Positions 13,591 to 27,455 of a DNA stretch of 64,000 bases are shown here, piece after piece. The notes beneath the pieces are model-generated. The model was not told the origin of the DNA and searched no databases. It saw nothing but the letters and a program-made list of their open reading frames with translations. Every line of letters starts with the position of its first letter. Position 1 is the first letter of the stretch. The stretch is from positions 591,788 to 655,787 of the forward strand of contig NW_002060968.1 of assembly GCF_000150275.1 (NCBI RefSeq), given 5' to 3'. Position numbers and translations under genes: made by a program. The stretch is from Trichoplax adhaerens. Taxonomy: Eukaryota > Animalia > Placozoa.

Positions 13591-15797
13591 TGAAGCTAAT
13601 AAATTTAAGTTTCAATAGAGGGAAATCGTAAGTAAAAGGATTGAAATATGCAAGTAGAGCAGGTTATGTTGAAAATGAAGTATTTTTGATATGATCAGGT
13701 TTGATGATAGGTTTGCAAATAAAGTCCGACCGAATCGAAGCTTGACTAGCCATTTTTAAAACTGTAGCATGTTTAAGCTTTGCCTTAAGCCTTTAATAAA
13801 AAACGATCAAGAAGAAGAAGAAAAGGGTACATCTTTAATTTGTTGAGGGAACAGTAATCGCAGTTCGAACTATCTACCGTAAAATGTTACATGGGTAGAA
13901 AAGATTGCATTAAGTAGTGACATCTGTAAATTTATGGCAGCCATCTCAGCTAATTATGCATTAGTAAGGTAGTAGCAACTGACGACTGATGGTGTTACAA
14001 CGTTATATACTGTATTAGAGTAGAAATATCTATGTTAGGATAATTCTTGTTAGCCTATCTTTATTTAGTTAACTTCTAATTTTGGATATACTGTGTTTTA
14101 ATATAGCATTGACTTTTTATGACAGTGACACATATACACATACTGAAATTAATAGTTATAATAGGGAATGCAAATCATCTACTTACAGTTCAAATCATTA
14201 TGATCGTAATTTACTTATGGTAGATTGTAAATTATCATGGAAATGTTCCGTGATAGGACATATCGTAATCTGACTATTCTGTAATAGTCATTACATGTCT
14301 ATGTTGGTAAATACTGTTGTCTGCATTAAGGGAGCGGTAGCTAAAATTAATATCTAATTCAGTAAATGATTCTAATGTTAATTGTATTAACTATGACTTA
14401 TGAACTATTGAGGAATAGTATATAAATGCAGTATATCGTGAAATAAAGAGAATTCTCAAACTTAGTGTTTAACGTAAAATACGAGGCGTCTAAGCCTTTT
14501 TGTAGTCTGCTAGTAGAGCAAAAGTGTTTGTAATAGTGCAGATATCGTTCCTTGATACGTGGTTCAAGGAATTGACTTATTGATCGTATATTTCGTTATC
14601 TTGTTGCAAAACTGTTTTGTGACAGATGGCTAGAATAGTTCAAAATCCATTCAAGATGCTACCACTGATTTTAATTCCGAACATAGATAGAAAAATCGCA
14701 GGAGCTTAAAGTGTGATCTCACCTCAAAGTAAACAGCCAGGAGGTGCTGGTCAATTTTATAGCTGTTGTAAAGCGATTATTCTACACTGCGGCATTGACT
14801 TGATTAATTATCGTAAGTCTACGATAGGATATGATACGATATAAGTGATTGACTATGAGCTTATTGCCATTATTAATATAAATATCTAAGCAGCTGCTGC
14901 TAGGTAATTAATATGGATAATATCAATAGTGAACTCACAATGCAACGTATACTGTACATTAATCATAATCCATTCTGTGCAGAAACAACAGACAGTAATT
15001 AGAAGTTGTTATTATGCAGGCAATTAGATTGTTTTTGATACATGAAGTAGCGAAAAAACTGCTTTTGAAGCTGAGAGATTATTAGCAGAGCTATACAGGG
15101 TAGTTTTAAAAGTTATTTTATCCCCAATTTTTCTTTATTTCTAGTTGAAGATTAATTCTTGGATAACAATCGAATAAGCAAAATTTCGCATTTGACAAGT
15201 ATGAAGCTTATTATTGTGAGAAAGTGGCAAAGTATCTGTTAATTTCATCATAGTGTAATCAGCTCTTCGCATAAGCGATAAGGCCGATTAATAAATGTAT
15301 TCTCTGATAAATGCAATAAAAGTAACTAAATCATTTGTTATTGCTGATAGTGGCTTTCAATGCTATAATCTATATTTCATAACCAGATTGCATTATCATC
15401 TAGTAGCTATCTAAAAGGATAGTAAGCTATGAGCTTACGCGTGGATCATTTTGAAGGCAAGAATTATCATTTTGATAGCCTAACCTCTTCGTCAAGGTTA
15501 TGATTGATTGTGGGTGATTGTAATATGATCGTCTATAGCTTATCCTGCTAGACTGCTACAAATAGCAAGAAAGTTAGTAGGACTATTTACTTCAATTCGC
15601 TACAGTGATCAATAAATACTTAGGAAAAACTATGAAGATCACTTTACTCTAAAATGAATTAACTGCTTCGAAATTCACAATTAGTCCATTTTAGATACAG
15701 GATTGATAATTTTATTCGACTAATCTAATTAGCTTCTGTTCACCTTTAGTATTGACATAGCAATCGTTGAATGTTATTTTGCTACTAATCATGTAAA

Positions 15798-16059
15798 TGT
15801 TACGTTGTTAAATTGCTATATACGCACCACAAGTTTGGTGATAGGGTATAAAAGGAGGAGCAAATGCTCAAGTCTTCAGTTCTTGATTTGTTAGTAACCG
15901 GCTAATCTATTAATAAAACTATACTAAACCTTTAGAACAGTCTTATCCCTGCGTGAGCGCAAGTAGGGTAGGCCTACCGCGCAGTATCTAAGTGTAAAGA
16001 AGCTAGGAATAAGTAATCTATTAGTTTAGGATAGTTGTTCGCAAGTTGAGTTTGTGACA
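15798..16059 (+). mobile_element. Possible LTR remnant
   Basis: TGTTAC...GTGACA with TATAAAAGG (~15847) and AATAAA (~15912); similar layout to the 5037 element. No TSD. Confidence 0.4.
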
Positions 16060-18055
16060 CGATATATGTGATATCTCTTGATAGAGTAAAACACTACTTA
16101 AAGTATGCATAGCTTGTCTTAACTGTGGCTATGACCTGGTATTTAAATTAAGTATTAGAAGGCTATTATTGTCGCAGCGTTAGGTTGTAACAGCCTTGTA
16201 ATTTATTATTTTAAAAAAAATATCAGCAATTGTTAGATTTATGTCTCTAAAATAACTATTAGTGAGAATTGTAGGAATCTATTATATAAGATAGTTGGCT
16301 GATGGTAGAATGCTTGGTGCAGTTAATTTTTAAGCATGGAGTTTTAATTTATGCTGCTAAATTCATTAAGGTATTTGTTATGATAGAGCTTTAAGAATTA
16401 CTGTCGTAGGTCAAACTAACTCATAATAAATGTACTTTAAATTAAGAAAACTGATTTGAATATTATTTTTTACTATTACTGGCTTTTACCTCCAATACAA
16501 GATTTCTACATTAAGTAAAGTACAATAATTACAGTTTGTGGCAACAGATTTTATTAAACATGACTGATAGCAAACCAAGTTGCTATCAAGTCACACATAT
16601 TAAATGTGTTCAGTTTTGCCTGTAATAAATAATTTTTGTACTTAATATACTAATGATTTGGTCTGATTTGGTCTTTTTAGGTATGTTTGATAGCAAAACA
16701 TAATGTATACAAGTCATGCTTATAAGTTAAAAATTGCAAGAACTTCCCGCAAATTAAAAGCTTACTCATCGTAGGTACCATAACATCAGCTCTTTGTACG
16801 AATGGATTCATTGCTCTTATAGTTTGAATAAGTGCAAGTACGGTCAGCTATTGAAAAATATTTCTATCCGCTTTAGAATTAATTTATGTTTGTTTGCAAG
16901 CCAGCAGAATAGTATAGAGCTTTTGTATATAAATTTAATCATAATTGAACTGCTCAAACTAAAAGCATTCCACGCCTACTATTTTCTTATATCATATGTT
17001 AAAGGCATTCCATAGTTACTATTGAGAGTCTAGATAATAGCAAATTAAATAGAAAACCTGTCGATTGTCTAAATTCCGAATTAATGTTGCTCTAACCGAA
17101 TAATACTTGTAATTATTAAAACAATATCTCTCTATTACTAAGTAGTTTAGCCTAGTCAACATTAAAGCAAAGCAGAACATGACTGTACTCGTCCAGTGAT
17201 TGTAATGTTGTTGACATTATTGTTTCGTTGATTTTATATAAAAGTTGCACGTGTTTTGCAAACTATTACATTTCAAATTTAGGTAGAAAAATAACAAAAT
17301 GTATCAGATTGTCATTTCTAATTTCAGATTGCACCAGTGAGGCTTACTAATAAGAAGTAGTTTAAATTAGCAGTAGCTCAAGATTTCTCGGATCTGCCCT
17401 AGTAAAGTACAGCTTTTACAAATTCTATCCTACGAGTACTGCTATAGATACGAATTCCACGCAATACTGTGTGACTACTCCTACGTGAAGCTAAGTAATT
17501 GCAAACTATCGGCTTACGAGAACTCTTATTACAGTTATTTTGGCAGCAATTGTTGTAAAGACCTACTTTGGATTAGCTCTCGCTAGGATCTCCGGTTAGT
17601 AAATACAATTACCTCAATAAAATCAATTACTTTTGCTATTCATTCATCATTAGCCGTACTTAACACAACAAGTTAGCCATGGCAGATATAAACAATTGTT
17701 TAACACAGTAAATTGCTAAATCATATAGTCCTAATTACAGTTGTCTGCTTACTATTACTTGGTACAAGAAATTAATAGAACATTATTTCGCTACCATACG
17801 GCAATGTTTGATTCCCTATCCATTCCATGATTAAACCATAGTCAAATTAGAGTTACAACCTAATTTACCTTGTGTTTTAGAATTTTGCTATCTTATATAA
17901 AGCTAAAATATTCCATTAATGATGATTTCTATAGTTCGCTTTGTTATAATCGGTTACTTAGTCATACCTATTGCTGAAAGTGATTGCTTGAAAAGTACCT
18001 TCGGCGTAATATCTTTGTGATTTTTATAACATTAATAGCTACTGGATTTGACACC

Positions 18056-18402
18056 TCGTTTGAAGATATTCAATTACAGATGATACTATATATATATATA
18101 TAATTCTGTGTATGGACATACTGTAGTCCAACTACCTAGAATCGCTCAGTACATGTCTAAGATTATGAATAATTTCTGTATTAATTTAGTTATCCAATAT
18201 GAACTAAACTGCTATCACTCATGCGTAATAACTGCTGCCGAAGGGTGTTTAAGCCCAGCAGATAACTGAATAACAGGATAATGCTATAGTTAGTTAGCGT
18301 AGAAGCAAAGGCGTCTAAATTCTTTTGAGGTGGTTAAGGGATACTCAATCCCGAAAATATTGTAATTTAGAGAGTTATTTTACGTTACCTTTCTCACGAA
18401 GC
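18056..18402 (-). repeat. Dispersed ~360 bp repeat family, copy 2 (inverted), upstream of the PARP-like gene
   Basis: Reverse complement matches the 9664 and 52705 copies (gcgtctaaattctt, ctgtagtc, gctgccgaagggt). Confidence 0.75.
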
Positions 18403-18693
18403 TGGTTTGTGAAATGAATTAATAGCTAAAATAAATAATAGTGATAATTCATTAAGAAAAGATAAGGTTTTACCACGTCCTAGTACTTAATTAGTTTCAA
18501 ACATCGAGTCTCAAAAATCGTCAAATGCTTACGGATAGATGTATGCTAGATTCAGTTTTCAACACTTTAAAAATATTAAATTTATGTTACTGCTATTTTA
18601 CTTCTTTAAAAGAAAAATGCTATCTATGATGTAAGTTGTACAGAATATCTGGTTCAAATATTAAGTTTTACTGACTTCTAGGGAATACAAAAC

Positions 18694-21600
18694 ATGAAAA
18701 GAAAACAAGCTTTACAGAAAAACCCTGATAAGGCTAAAACAGTGAAAAGCTCACAAAGTGCGGATAGCAAATATGAGGAATATGAGGTGAGAACGAATCT
18801 CAATCAACTACTAAAATTAAATGAGCTAAATTAAAATCACCTTATTAACTTTATTTACACCAATATACGACTTCTTTCATATTGTAAATCTTTTAAAAAA
18901 TTGCAAACTGAGCTAGGAGCAAATGATGTTGTTATGGGAAACAAGAAATAAAATAGGGAGTGAATGCACTGAGGAAATGCTTAGAGTGATGCAATCTCGA
19001 AATAATCGTCCAGAGCTATCTGGAAATGGAGTGAGTTTGAAATGAGCATGAATTAAAAGTTAACGATATGCCGCTATATTATTCACTTAAATTGGATTGC
19101 ATTTTATGACCTGATCAATAAATATTGATGTTGAAATAGAACTTGGAAAGTTGTGCTGATGGTATCTTATTCGGAGCATTTAAGCCCTGTCCAATCTGCC
19201 ATCAGTCAGAAATCCGTTTCAGGTAATTAAAATGCTTTGAACCAGCGTATCGAGAAGTTTACTACAGAAGCAGAACTTCATAAGAAAGCATTGATGCCAA
19301 TACCCTACAAAAAGCAGCTTGATTTATCTAAGAGATTTTAAGCTAAATTTTTAAATAGTATGTACTAGTAATATATTTTGACATAGGTTTGAGTTAAAGA
19401 TTGCTTCATTATGAATAGATTGTTAAACTAAAATTAAAAATTTAATATTAGCAAAAAATCCCGTTGCTACAAGTGCTATAGTTTTATGGGAGGTAAGGTA
19501 TGCGAATATGTAACAGATAAAGCTGAAAGAACTGCCTGGACAATTCCTGAAGAATTTAAGGCAATATCTCCATTTCTGTGAGTAGACGTCGTGAATCGCA
19601 TGACATTAACTATGCTTTACAAATAAACTTATTCCTCCATTTTCAATGCCTTTTAGATATTCATCTATACCCTTCTTCTGTATTTAAGTACTAGTAAATC
19701 AATTGATGATATGAAGATATCTTTAACTTTTGTACTTTCCTATCAGTGCATGTTTCTGATACTAATTTGTTACATGCAGAGCAAGTTATAGTTACATTCC
19801 TCGTGATCGAGTTTACTGCTGGGCTGACACATATAGTCCTCTTCCTGATGAATTGAGATGGCCTACGGTGTGCAGGTATGACAATAACCAAGTATTAAAG
19901 AATATATAAAAATATATATATATACAATGTTTATATGAGATTTCAACAACTACTATCTATATAGACACCATTAAATTTAATTCCACGTATTTTTACTATT
20001 TTTATCAAGTTTTCAGTTATAATTAATTAAAATCTAATTTTAATGACGGTAACTGCTGCCTTATTAAATGTACTGTAATGATTTGATTATCTTATTTCAG
20101 ATCTGATATTTTAAAGATAAGACCATTAGGCAGTATACGTATTACAGCTATCGGCAAGCTTAAAAACAATAATGTAAGTCAATTTGAAAGCTAGATTCAA
20201 TTTTCTTCATTTATGAGTACGTATTTGAGTCTCCTGCAAAGCCAAATGTTATGGTCTTACTTGATGCTAAGGGTAACATTAAGAAGAAAATAAGTAACTT
20301 AGGTGGCATATTTCGCGATCAGATCTCCAAATATATCGATTTATGCATCAGTAACTCAGGTTATCAGAAATATCACTTAATTTATTACCTTTACATTAGT
20401 AGCATCAGGTGTTTGCAATTGGAATCTATCTAAGCTGTAATTATATTTTGCATTCAGAATCACTTAGTAAAGCTGAAAAACAGAAAATTGATAGTCTGGC
20501 TTTGCCTGTTGTTTCGGATAAGTTCCTTGAATTTATTAATGACATCAATTTCGATGAGGCTATGATAAAATATGCTATTAGCAATTGCACAATCGATAAG
20601 GTTAGTTGTATTAGAATGAATAAAATCATAGATTACGTTTAATTTTCGCTTAATTTGCCTGTAACCAGATATACTTATAATATATGAGTATGTCTAATAA
20701 TCGAATTCGATACTGTATTTATTTTAGATTGCAAGTATTAAAAACAGGAGACAAGGTAAGTTGAATTATTAGCTATTGATTCACTTCTGGTATTGTTGTC
20801 AACTGATACTAATCATGAAATTAATTTTAATTTCTTATAATTACTAATAATATTTGTAGGATACTATTCAACAAGTATTATTGATTTACGCAAAAACAGC
20901 AAAGCGGTTGTAGATCCTTACTCTGGTATTTATATTATAAATGCATAACTAATCACTTGGCCTAAGTACATCTGTTAGAGCTTCTGGTAGAAATGGCTCT
21001 GTATAAAATAATTGTGGCATTTAATAAATTGCTTAGTGAGAAAAAATAATTAGCAAATCAAATTTTATCTAGAATTTAAAAGTTTATATTTAATATTTGA
21101 TAGGCTTGCAAGATGACTATCATGTTATTGAAGATTCAAATGGTATTGTTTACAGCGTAGTGCTTGAAAAGACGCCTTGCGAATTTCTTAAATTACAGGC
21201 ACTAAAGCATAATCAATTGAATCAGTTAGTTTATTTTTTGTATGATCATATACAAATTATATTAGCTGATTATTGCTACACTTTGTATTTGTAGATAAAT
21301 TGCTTTAATTTGATAAAACGGAATTTGTTACATATTATATAGCTGTTGCTTTGTTCGGATTAAAGATTATGTGGCTGGCATTGGAGAAATAAGAATTGAA
21401 ATTGAAGTTAGAAAACAATTTTCTTTTACTTAACAGTGACCAAATATAATACGATTGTAATCATTGTGCTCATTTGCGGAATAAATTACATAGAGCTTTA
21501 TGTATTAGTATGTTTATGTTTCCTCGCTAATCATTTTTTAGGATGGCCTTACCGAAATAGAAGCCAAGATGGCTTTAGATGCTAAGTACTTTCAGAAAAC

Positions 21601-24600
21601 AGGTTTGTACGAATAGCATATTATCACTGTCTCTTAAACAGTTTAGGTTTATTCAATACTAAGTTATTCTTTTCATAGGTTATTCATTTATAAATGGGAT
21701 ACAAAGTAAGCGCAAGGCGCAAAAGCTTTATTATCCTATTGGTACTGCGTACATTCCAGATGAGGTCTATAATTCATTTATTATTTTAGGCAATCGTGCA
21801 GCCGTAAATAGCGCTTTTTACTTATAGATTTTTTATTATACTAATTTTTCCCCTTGAAAAATTATTGGTCGCTGATAATTAGGATAAAGAAGCGATTAAA
21901 TTAGATAGTATAATATCCGAGGCGCAAACTAGTAAACTATCATATGAGATTCAGAAGTTACTGAAATTAATTTTTAACGTTAAGTCCATTGCAGCAATAG
22001 CCATGGAATATCAGGTATCAGCTATTACCTAAGATGCAAATTAACGGCTCTTATTAAAGTAACATAGACTATATTAGATAATCTAATAGCTATATGTGAT
22101 ATATACCAATCACGAAATTCCAAATTTTAGAAAAATAAGGGCTTTATTGAATCTTATACAAAGATTAACTACACACAGCTCTACTCTAGCCGAATACTAC
22201 TACTAAAGACTTCTATAAGGAACTAACAGAATAATCTAAAGTTGCATGCTTTTATATTTTTCGTAGCATTCGCAGCTACAGTCCGCGTGGCAACCTTTTA
22301 CCTTATATTATACATAGTTAAATTAGTCTTAGTAACACTATTCTACTGCGGACCATCATTAATCCAATATGGATACGGCTACAGTACTTATGTAGACATT
22401 ATTCACTCCAGCCAAAGTACAATGAATTAACCTTATTCTAATATAAGATTTACTGTTCTATTTTTACCTATAGCCTTATTAGTAACTCAACACCTTACTG
22501 CATATAGTCATCTGAACTCTAGCATAGAGTCTCTACCACTACAGTCTATAGTTATAGCTACCAAATATCTCTTAGGATAAATATTTACCGTACATTATAC
22601 TAAATATGGCTAACAGTCTACAATTACAATGCTAAGTTACATTACACTATATTCATAGATTGATGTAGCGAAATTACCGTTAAAAAATCTCACGGCTGAT
22701 AGGATTACAAAGGCAATGCAAATTCTTCATCAGCTCGATGCGGTTAGTTTGTTATAAAAAATTTTTTGTTTAAATTATCTAATCTCAATATTTGATTACG
22801 AAATGAAATTGTTATTAGCTGCAAAGTCAAATAGACCGTGCTACAGAATAATTTGCTAAGCAACATAGATATAATAAATACAATAATTAAGCAATTTATT
22901 TTGTTACTTAGCTTTCAAATAAGAGAGGTTTGAAAGATCGAGAAAGACTAGACAAGGTCACGAAATTGAAGCAGAAGTTTAGTAGTATTCTTCCGAAGGA
23001 ATTATCAATTGACGGTCATCGCTGGTTTGATGATGTATTTCGCGTAAATGTAAATTATTAAGCTAATTTTGAAAATTAAATCTATTATACTTTATTATCT
23101 AACAGAATAAAATTTTATTTTACAAGCACATTAAATAACGAGTTTAGTAGCATGTCTTCTGAATCTTATACATTATTTCCGTAGAACATTAAGTATACTT
23201 TTGAGCATATTTCCGACATCCCAGTGGCTTATAATCTGATCAAAAGTATTGAAAATGTTAAAAAAGACCCTATATACAAATTATACCAGAGCTTAAAGAC
23301 AGAACTTGAAGTATGGCGTATAAATTTAAGCATAGAAAATTTAATGCTTTACGTTAATAATAATATCGTATTAAAATTAAAATGCTACATCATGTAATGG
23401 AAACTCTTTAGCTTGTAGAAAAAGAAAGTGAAGAATTCAATATGATTTGTGAATATGGTAGCAAAACTTGTGAATCACCTAGAGAAGAGTATTATAAATT
23501 AAAGATAGAAGAGGTTTATAGATAATAATGTGATTTATGAACTTGAGTTGTAGATATAGATAATTAAGAACCTTAAACTATACGAGTGAATAATTGCAGT
23601 ATGTACAATTCAATACGCAGATATATAAGATCAAGAATCATAAAAGTCACAAAACATACGAAAAATTTTGCGGGTTGGGTAATCGAATGCTTTTATGGAA
23701 TGGAAATCGCTTAATTAATTATGGTCGAATATTCAAGCAAGGAATACAACCTATGGCAACATTCGGCTACCTAGGCGTGAGTATAAGGCTTAGGATTTAA
23801 ATTCAACTGTATGTGATATTAAATATTAATTACAGCATATAGAACAGTGCTGCACCTTACTACAACAGAGCTATAGATTTGATTTAAGAATTAACTATTA
23901 TACCAAAGTGGCTTATTTATGATTCGAACTTGTGATAAAACAAATTCACAAAATCTTTATACGAAACAATCCATAATGTAGTCAATACATATTTCAATTT
24001 ACAAACTGCAAGATCAGTAGTAGTCAGAAAATCATTTATTGAAATTTTCTAACCGAATCCCTAGATTCTAAATTAATAACTAACGCTGACATAGTAAATA
24101 GACAATTTCTATTCTTTCGTAATAAATGCAACGAATTAAATAGCTTTAAAAAGATAACAGATAGTTGCGGTATTGATATCAAGTTGATTATTAGTAGTTG
24201 AAGTTACTATCGATGTCTTCAAAAATTTTCTACAACAGTCAAAAATTGTTACAGCTGGCTACTTTAAATATAGCATGCTAATTGAATATAAATATTTCTA
24301 TGTAGAGGAAAAGTTGTGATTATGGAAAAGGAGTTTATTTTTCAGGTAAGTAGATTGATATATTCTATTTCTATAACATTGATTTTTAGAAAATTTTTTA
24401 GAAAATTGCATTTTAATCCAAAGATAATTTTATTTTCTTAATATACAGATATGATGTGGAAAGTAAGGAAACCGTAATTTATATCAACTAGAAATATTTA
24501 TATTCCTTCATTTCTTTATGATAAATTTAAATATATACTGTAGATTTAATAATGTAATGATACTCAACATTAATATTGATAGGCCGCTCTAGATTGTGAA

Positions 24601-25237
24601 GCTACTTTTACGAATTCTACCGGATTACTATTACTATGTGAAGTCGCACTCGGTAGAACGTATGTCTATCAATAGCACTCATAGCTGATCACATCATAAT
24701 TATACCTATTTGCTCTACTAACAATATCAAATTTAAAAATAATTTAATAAATTAAACTGCTGTTACCGCCATTACTCTTGTTCTTTGTTACTATTAGCTC
24801 AGAAAATCCGTCTGACGTTAGTAAACCACGCTCAACTGCTGATAGCGTCAAATGTAAGTTATATACATTAAGCAAAGATTAACCTGAATAAATTTCCTAA
24901 ATTGCGCTATGGGCTGAAATTAATAAGTTAAATTATTTGTGTATTGCAGCTACAAGTCCGATAGGACCAGATCCGTCTGGAAATATAACGCTTGAAAATG
25001 ACGTAATTGTACCGATAGGAGATATTAACAAAGCTGAATACTTTGGGGAAACAAATCAGTATCCTGACACACTTTAATTAATTTACGTAATAGATAAAAG
25101 ACAATTATTATGCATTACAAATTGTCATTTTCCTTGATGATATTATTAATAGATATGTAGTATACAATCCTGGCCAAGTAAAGCTCAATTATGTTGTACA
25201 AGTAAAATTCGATTGGGTCGATATTTTAGAAGATTGA
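18694..25237 (+). CDS. PARP1-like gene, multi-exon: PADR1/Zn3-BRCT-degenerate WGR-regulatory-catalytic, with no Zn1/Zn2
   Basis: Manually spliced GT-AG exons: 18694-18786, 18917-19030, 19140-19222 (ESCADGILFGAFKPCPIC), 19452-19577 (YKC..VC..AWTIP), BRCT (KPL-like RPLGSIRITAIGKL..NLGG), AVVDPYSGL..YHV..YSVVL..FLKLQ, QKTG..YP, KLLKLIFNV..KLPL, DPIYKLYQSLKTEL, NRMLLWNGNR, YGKGVYFSD, GLLLLCEVALG, PDPS..VIVPIG, NQYVVYNPGQVKLNYVVQVKF, stop at 25235-25237. Internal exons were not all frame-checked. Confidence 0.88.
22095..22646. mobile_element. Solo-LTR-like insertion, 552 bp, in a PARP-like intron
   Basis: TGTGAT...ATTACA with TSD CTATA (22090-22094, 22647-22651). The paralogous intron at ~33100-33190 is empty. 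An inverted sister copy lies at 53247-53808. Confidence 0.9.
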
Positions 25238-26005
25238 ATGTAGTTGTAGACGGCTTAATCAATAGACTAAATATTACAATTACTGTTGTAATATCATGAT
25301 CAGTTTAAAAAATTATAAGTACACTGTAATGACCATTTATAGTACTTTGATAGGATTTTAGGTATTTAGTTTATACATACTAAACTATAAGAAAAATCTT
25401 CGACTTTGGGAATTGAGTAAGTCTTTTATACAACACTATTAGTATCGTAAAGCGCAAGTCTTACAATTTATTAATCTATATGGACTAAAGTAGAAGTACT
25501 TTTCTAGCACAGCATACTTACACACTTCGAAAATCCTTATCTAGTCAGTTATAAAGCATATTTTTTTAAATACAGTAAAAAATTATTATCAATATATTTG
25601 ATAATCCAGATGTAATGCACTTAAAGCTATGCCTAGATACAATATGGTAGACAAATAAGATGGAAATAGTAGAAAAACGTAGGAAAATATATTTGTAGGC
25701 ATGTTTACCGGTGAATTTATGAGCTTTAAATTAATGATAGCAATAAAGAAAATAACTTTCTTCGTAGCTATTTTTTCGAAAGTGAGTGAGGTCTTTGATA
25801 AAATAAAAAATTTGTTAAATAAATCTAAAGCTTCTTTTAGCTGTGACTCTTTCTTTATATTTTAATTGTCCGAAGTTTTTTTTGTTGCGAAGCTGGGGTG
25901 GTGACAGCTCTGTGATCGATTTTTCTCTAAACTTAAATAATTATTAGATTCATGTATCTGAAGTAAATTATTCTTGGCCGGAATTTTAGGAAGTACGATA
26001 TCATT
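24923..26005 (+). repeat. Near-identical duplicate of 47070-48146 (PARP 3' exons and 3' flank)
   Basis: Essentially letter-for-letter match with rare SNPs (ggccaagta vs ggccaggta); both copies are near N-gaps. Confidence 0.9.
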
Positions 26006-26650
26006 GGCTAGCAAGCCAATGATAGTTTCAATTTTGTTAAGAATCTTACTTGATGCGAGCGATAGAAAATATACTACGGTTTAAATGTAACTATCGTATT
26101 TTTAATCGTGCTGCTGAATAAGTTTTAAAAGGTATTTACTATACTGAAGCTGTAATAAATACTGTCAAATGTCAAACACTTTTATCAATAAATAACTTCG
26201 ATTAATATAAGTTTTCAATGTCATTTTTGCATTAGCTGATCTTTTTAAAGGTATATAACTGGGTCATTATTAAATATGTGTCTACTATCTAAAAGCAAAG
26301 GTAGATGAATCTGTAGTTAAAGTATATTTCATATAGGCTATTACCTAATCCAGAGCAGTTCTCAAGAATTTAGCTAACTATGATGGTTGACTAGNNNNNN
26401 NNNNNNNNNNNNNNNNNNNNNNNNNNNNNNNNNNNNNNNNNNNNATAAAAATATTTAGTAGATTTTCAGCTGATAATTAATTAATTAAGGGCAACAATTT
26501 GACTAACGTTATAAAGGAAGGAAGGGCGTCCTCTACTGGTTGTATAGTAGCTACGCTAGACTGCTGGATATTCAATGGAGCACATTATTATCATATCGAG
26601 TTGCTACTATAATTATGGCCATCAGGAAGCATCCAGCAGATTTTAGATAA

Positions 26651-27195
26651 TACGGATATTAAATTGATTATTGGCGATCGTAGCTTCTTATGCCATCATC
26701 GAGTCGTTTTAGCTGCACATAGTGAATATTTGTGTACTATGTTTACTAGTAATTTTAAGGAAAAGGACGAAGCAAAAATTAACGTAATTAAGATTGATTA
26801 TAGCATTGTATCGATCGTTATTAAATAAATTTATGGTTATATGCTAAAGTTAACATTAATGAAATTATCGCGAGTTCAGGCAGTCTATACGCTAGCACTA
26901 AAATAGGCTATCAAGAAATTGCAGGAGCAATGCCATTGCTACTTTATCACAATCTTAAACGCTAAAAATTGCTGTCAATTAGCAGCTTTTGCTGATTACT
27001 ATCATGCACAAGATTCATAGCATGAAATTCTAGCTTAAGTCACTGACAATTTCTTTAGATGTATCAAGACTAAATCACTTAAGGATCTCTCCTATAATTT
27101 ACTTGTTAAATTAATACAATGTGAGTATCTTAATATCACTAATGAAGATCAGATACTTAAATCTCTCAATATTTGGATAGATTCAGATACATCCA
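26651..27195 (+). pseudogene. BTB-BACK (kelch-like) pseudogene fragment
   Basis: TDIKLIIGDRSFLCH..VVLAAHSEYLCTMFTSNFKEKDE with in-frame stops. Matches ~49398-49870 and is interrupted by the same LTR. Confidence 0.85.
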
Positions 27196-27455
27196 TGTGA
27201 GGTTGATAGATCAAGAATCTTTAAAACTTTAGAAAATTAAGATTATATTGAACAAAACCTCCTTTACAAAGATACAACGTAATCGATTAGCTGAGGATCT
27301 CTAACGAGAAAGATCTATCTTACTATATTAAACTACTCGCTTATATACTTTTACGTGTTTACAGTCTTTGCACCTTACTTACTACACACTTCAGTATTAG
27401 CATCTCAAATACAGGATAGTTTGCACCTTTCATGTGAAGCTCTAGTGTGAGCACG
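27196..27455 (-). mobile_element. Partial copy of the 49871-50287 solo LTR, truncated by a gap
   Basis: ATCCA|TGTGAGGTTGATAG... matches 49866 onward up to the N-run. Confidence 0.85.

Noticed and set aside
20251-23800. Several short standalone + strand ORFs
   Set aside because: Those at 20251, 20409, 21097 and 23594 are PARP exons with intron read-through, not separate genes.
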